Shown piece by piece: positions 61,662 to 64,000 of a stretch of 64,000 nt of DNA (the stretch's first letter is position 1; the number at the start of each line of letters is the position of its first letter). The DNA is from Salpingoeca rosetta (lineage: Eukaryota; Protista; Choanoflagellata). The position numbers were made by a program, and so were the translations under genes. The stretch spans positions 1,220,530 to 1,284,529 of the forward strand of contig JAWQFM010000018.1 of assembly GCA_033442325.1 (NCBI GenBank), given 5' to 3'. The notes under the pieces are model-generated. The model saw nothing but the letters and a program-made list of their open reading frames with translations, did not search any database and was not told where the DNA came from.

Positions 61662-63458
61662 CTTAAACAACAACAACAACAACTTAAACAACAACAACTA
61701 AACAACAGCTAAACAACAACTTAAACAACAACTTAAACAACAACTTAAACAACAACAACATGCATTGTCATTATTACATCGTCGTCCACTCACGCAACCG
61801 CTGTTCGGAAGAGCTTCTTCTGGAACGACGGGGCCTCAATCACATCTGTCAGTGGCGTGGCGTGCTCAAACTTCGGGCGTTGGCCTGGAGTGTGTGCGTG
61901 TGTGTGCGTGTGCGCGTGTGTATGTGAATGAGCAAGACAGGGTGCATGCGTGTGTATGTGTGATTGCGCGACACAAAATACATGTGTGTGCGAGTGTTTG
62001 TGAGCACGTGATAATGTGTGGAAAACAAGCAGGCAGGCACGCAGGCAGGCAGGGGTGTGCAGCAGTGTCGTGTGAATGGGGCCAAGGCAAGTTTGCTGGC
62101 TGGGCGAGATGCAAGACACAACATCGGCAGTGACAGAACAAACCAAGGCCGGTGCACGGGGCATCCAGTAATACGCGATCCACACTCCCAGCTTGCACCT
62201 TCTTCTTCTCCACTGCCTGAGATGACGACGATGATAATGAGGATGATGATGGTGATGGCGACGATTGGGGTAATGCCTGCAGGCAACACTTGCGGGCGTC
62301 CATTTTGAACACTGAGCAGCAAGTCACGCCCACTGTCTCCAGCCATTGCACAAGCGCTGCACACTGCATGATGCAACAAGAGAGAGAGAGCAGTAACAAG
62401 TGGGACAGAGAAGGGAGAGTGTGTGCGGGTGTGTAGCAGAGAGACAGCAGAGACAGCTGGTCATGTACGAACATCGATCAACGCACATGCACAAACATAC
62501 ACACACGCACACGAACACGCACACACACACACACACACACACGAACACGCACACACACACTTGCACACATGCACACGAACACACACACACACACGCTACC
62601 GCATACCCTTTTCGTGCTTCGCTCGTATGCGGTGATGCGCCCTGTGTTGTTCATGAGCGCGGCAATGTGGGCCGTCTTGCCGCCAGGCGCTGCGCACATG
62701 TCCACCACATGCTCGCCTGGCTGCGGTGCAAGCACGTGCGATGCCACGCAGGATGGCAGGTTCTGGAGCACAAGCGACCGGTCCAAGTGGCCAAGGCACG
62801 GTGTCTGAAACTCGATATCGCCCATCTCCACGCCGAGGCCGCTGGTGACCGCGTCGGAAGACCTGAACACGTCTGCGCGGTCAAAGTGGGCGATGCCGTT
62901 GCCGACAAACACAATCTTCTTTGCAGCCCTCTCCTCCGCCGGCGGCAGCTTGGTTTGGCCGGTGCTGCACGCCTTGTGCACGTCCGCATACACGGCAACG
63001 CGCGCGCCTGAGTGCACGCCGCTCGAGCACGCCCTGATCCCCGGCACAAACACATCGGAGCCACGAAGCACAGCTGCACCGCACGCGGCGTCCACGACAA
63101 CAAACAGGCCTTCCTTGTCCGGAACAACGCGTCGCGGGCCAATTGCCGGTAGAATCAGCACATCATCGAGCTTGGGGTGCTGCTCAAACTTGTAGTCTGT
63201 CCCCTCAAGCTCCCGTGCCAGTGTCTGGATGGCCTCTTCGCGCGTGTTCACGAGCGTGTTAATGCGCAAGCACGTGTGCGCAGGTGGGATGGCCAGCCGC
63301 TCACACAGGTCCGCAAATCTTTGTCCCGATGCCGATCGATCCCACACCTCCTCCAAGTACTCTGCAACATCATCCCTAAACTCGCACCGCCTACCACTAC
63401 TGCTTTGCTGGTGCTGCTGGTCGTGCTGCTGGTCGTGTGTTTGCGGCGTGCTCATCAT
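60539..63458 (-). CDS. NSUN6: tRNA (cytosine72-C5)-methyltransferase NSUN6, multi-exon
   Basis: PUA domain VVDAACGAAVLRGSDVFVPGI, LQNLPSCVASHVLAPQPGE, VDMCAAPGGKT, DRVLLDAPCTGLGQRP, LLKPGGTLVYSTCS, ENEGVVAWAL, DTIGFFIAKF. Confidence 0.93.
61583..61760 (+). repeat. Compound (AAC)n repeat punctuated by TTAA/CTAA (NSUN6 intron)
   Basis: Same unit as 26026-26123. Confidence 0.9.
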
Positions 63459-63535
63459 CGATGGTGGTGGTGCCGTTACTATTTTTTGTGGTGTTTAGAA
63501 CCGCTGACCTTCTCGCACTGCTGGAACTCGCGAAG

Positions 63536-63835
63536 ATGGTGCGTTGTGTGGGGTGGTGGCTGCATAAGATCGGCTCTCGCTTCTGCCCTGGCTCTGCCCT
63601 GGCTCTGCCCTGGCTCTGCCCTGGCTCGCGGGTGGCTGGCGCGCTCACCTTTCGTTGCTTGGGTTGCTTGCAGGCCTCTGCCGCTGACCTGAAGACAAAG
63701 GGCAACGAGTACTTCAAGAAGGGCGAGTACAAGGATGCGCTCGCGCAGTACCGCCTCGCCCTGCAAGCTGCCGACGTGACCTCGGACATCAAGCTTGCTG
63801 CACTCAAGAACTCCGCTGCTTGCAACCTCAAACTG
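63536..63835 (+). CDS. TPR-domain protein, UNC-45-like N-terminus (3'-partial); exons 63536-63538 (ATG only) and 63674-63835
   Basis: M|ASAADLKTKGNEYFKKGEYKDALAQYRLAL...AALKNSAACNLKL, a carboxylate-clamp-type TPR. Not recovered in the ORF track because the ATG is on its own exon. Confidence 0.8.
63582..63627 (+). repeat. 11-bp tandem repeat (CTCTGCCCTGG)x4 in the first intron of the TPR gene
   Basis: Directly visible. Confidence 0.9.
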
Positions 63836-63930
63836 GTCTGTGTGCGTGCGTGCGTGCGTGTGTGTGTATGTGTGTGTGTGTGTGCGTGTGTGTGTGCGTG
63901 TGTGTGTGCGTGTGTGTGTGTGTGCGTGTG

Positions 63931-64000
<70 letters not shown>

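Overview
Eukaryotic, intron-rich, GC-rich genomic scaffold with introns packed with (CA/GT)n, (CAT)n and (CCA)n microsatellites and five 100-N gaps. Style and gene content suggest a choanoflagellate such as Salpingoeca rosetta (inference). About 18 protein-coding genes are present, in order: C-terminus of an IP3R/RyR-like channel; an intron-poor trio of GT8 glycosyltransferase (-), secreted sulfatase (+) and Golgi-type sulfotransferase (+); mitochondrial Phe-tRNA synthetase (-) head-to-head with an SLC35B1-like transporter (+); RNA Pol III subunit RPC2 (+); HIBCH (-) head-to-head with LSM7 (+); an intronless coiled-coil/WW protein (+); BROX (-); casein kinase I (+); TRAP-gamma/SSR3 (+); ANKRD49-like (-); LRRC9-like (+); an intronless type II membrane receptor-like protein with NPxY tail, Thr stalk and L-domain/LRR solenoid (-); NSUN6 (-) head-to-head with a TPR (UNC-45-like) gene (+). 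The best candidates for new biology are the putative glycan-sulfation gene cluster, the orphan NPxY receptor, an IP3R-like channel lacking the GGGxGD filter, two ultra-compact (77-78 nt) divergent gene pairs sharing CGAAGATG|GTGCGT, and introns built from complementary microsatellites. Several genes appear to lose exons at gaps or collapsed repeats. No RNA genes, CRISPR arrays or transposases were recognised. All homology calls are from motif recognition by eye, not database searches.
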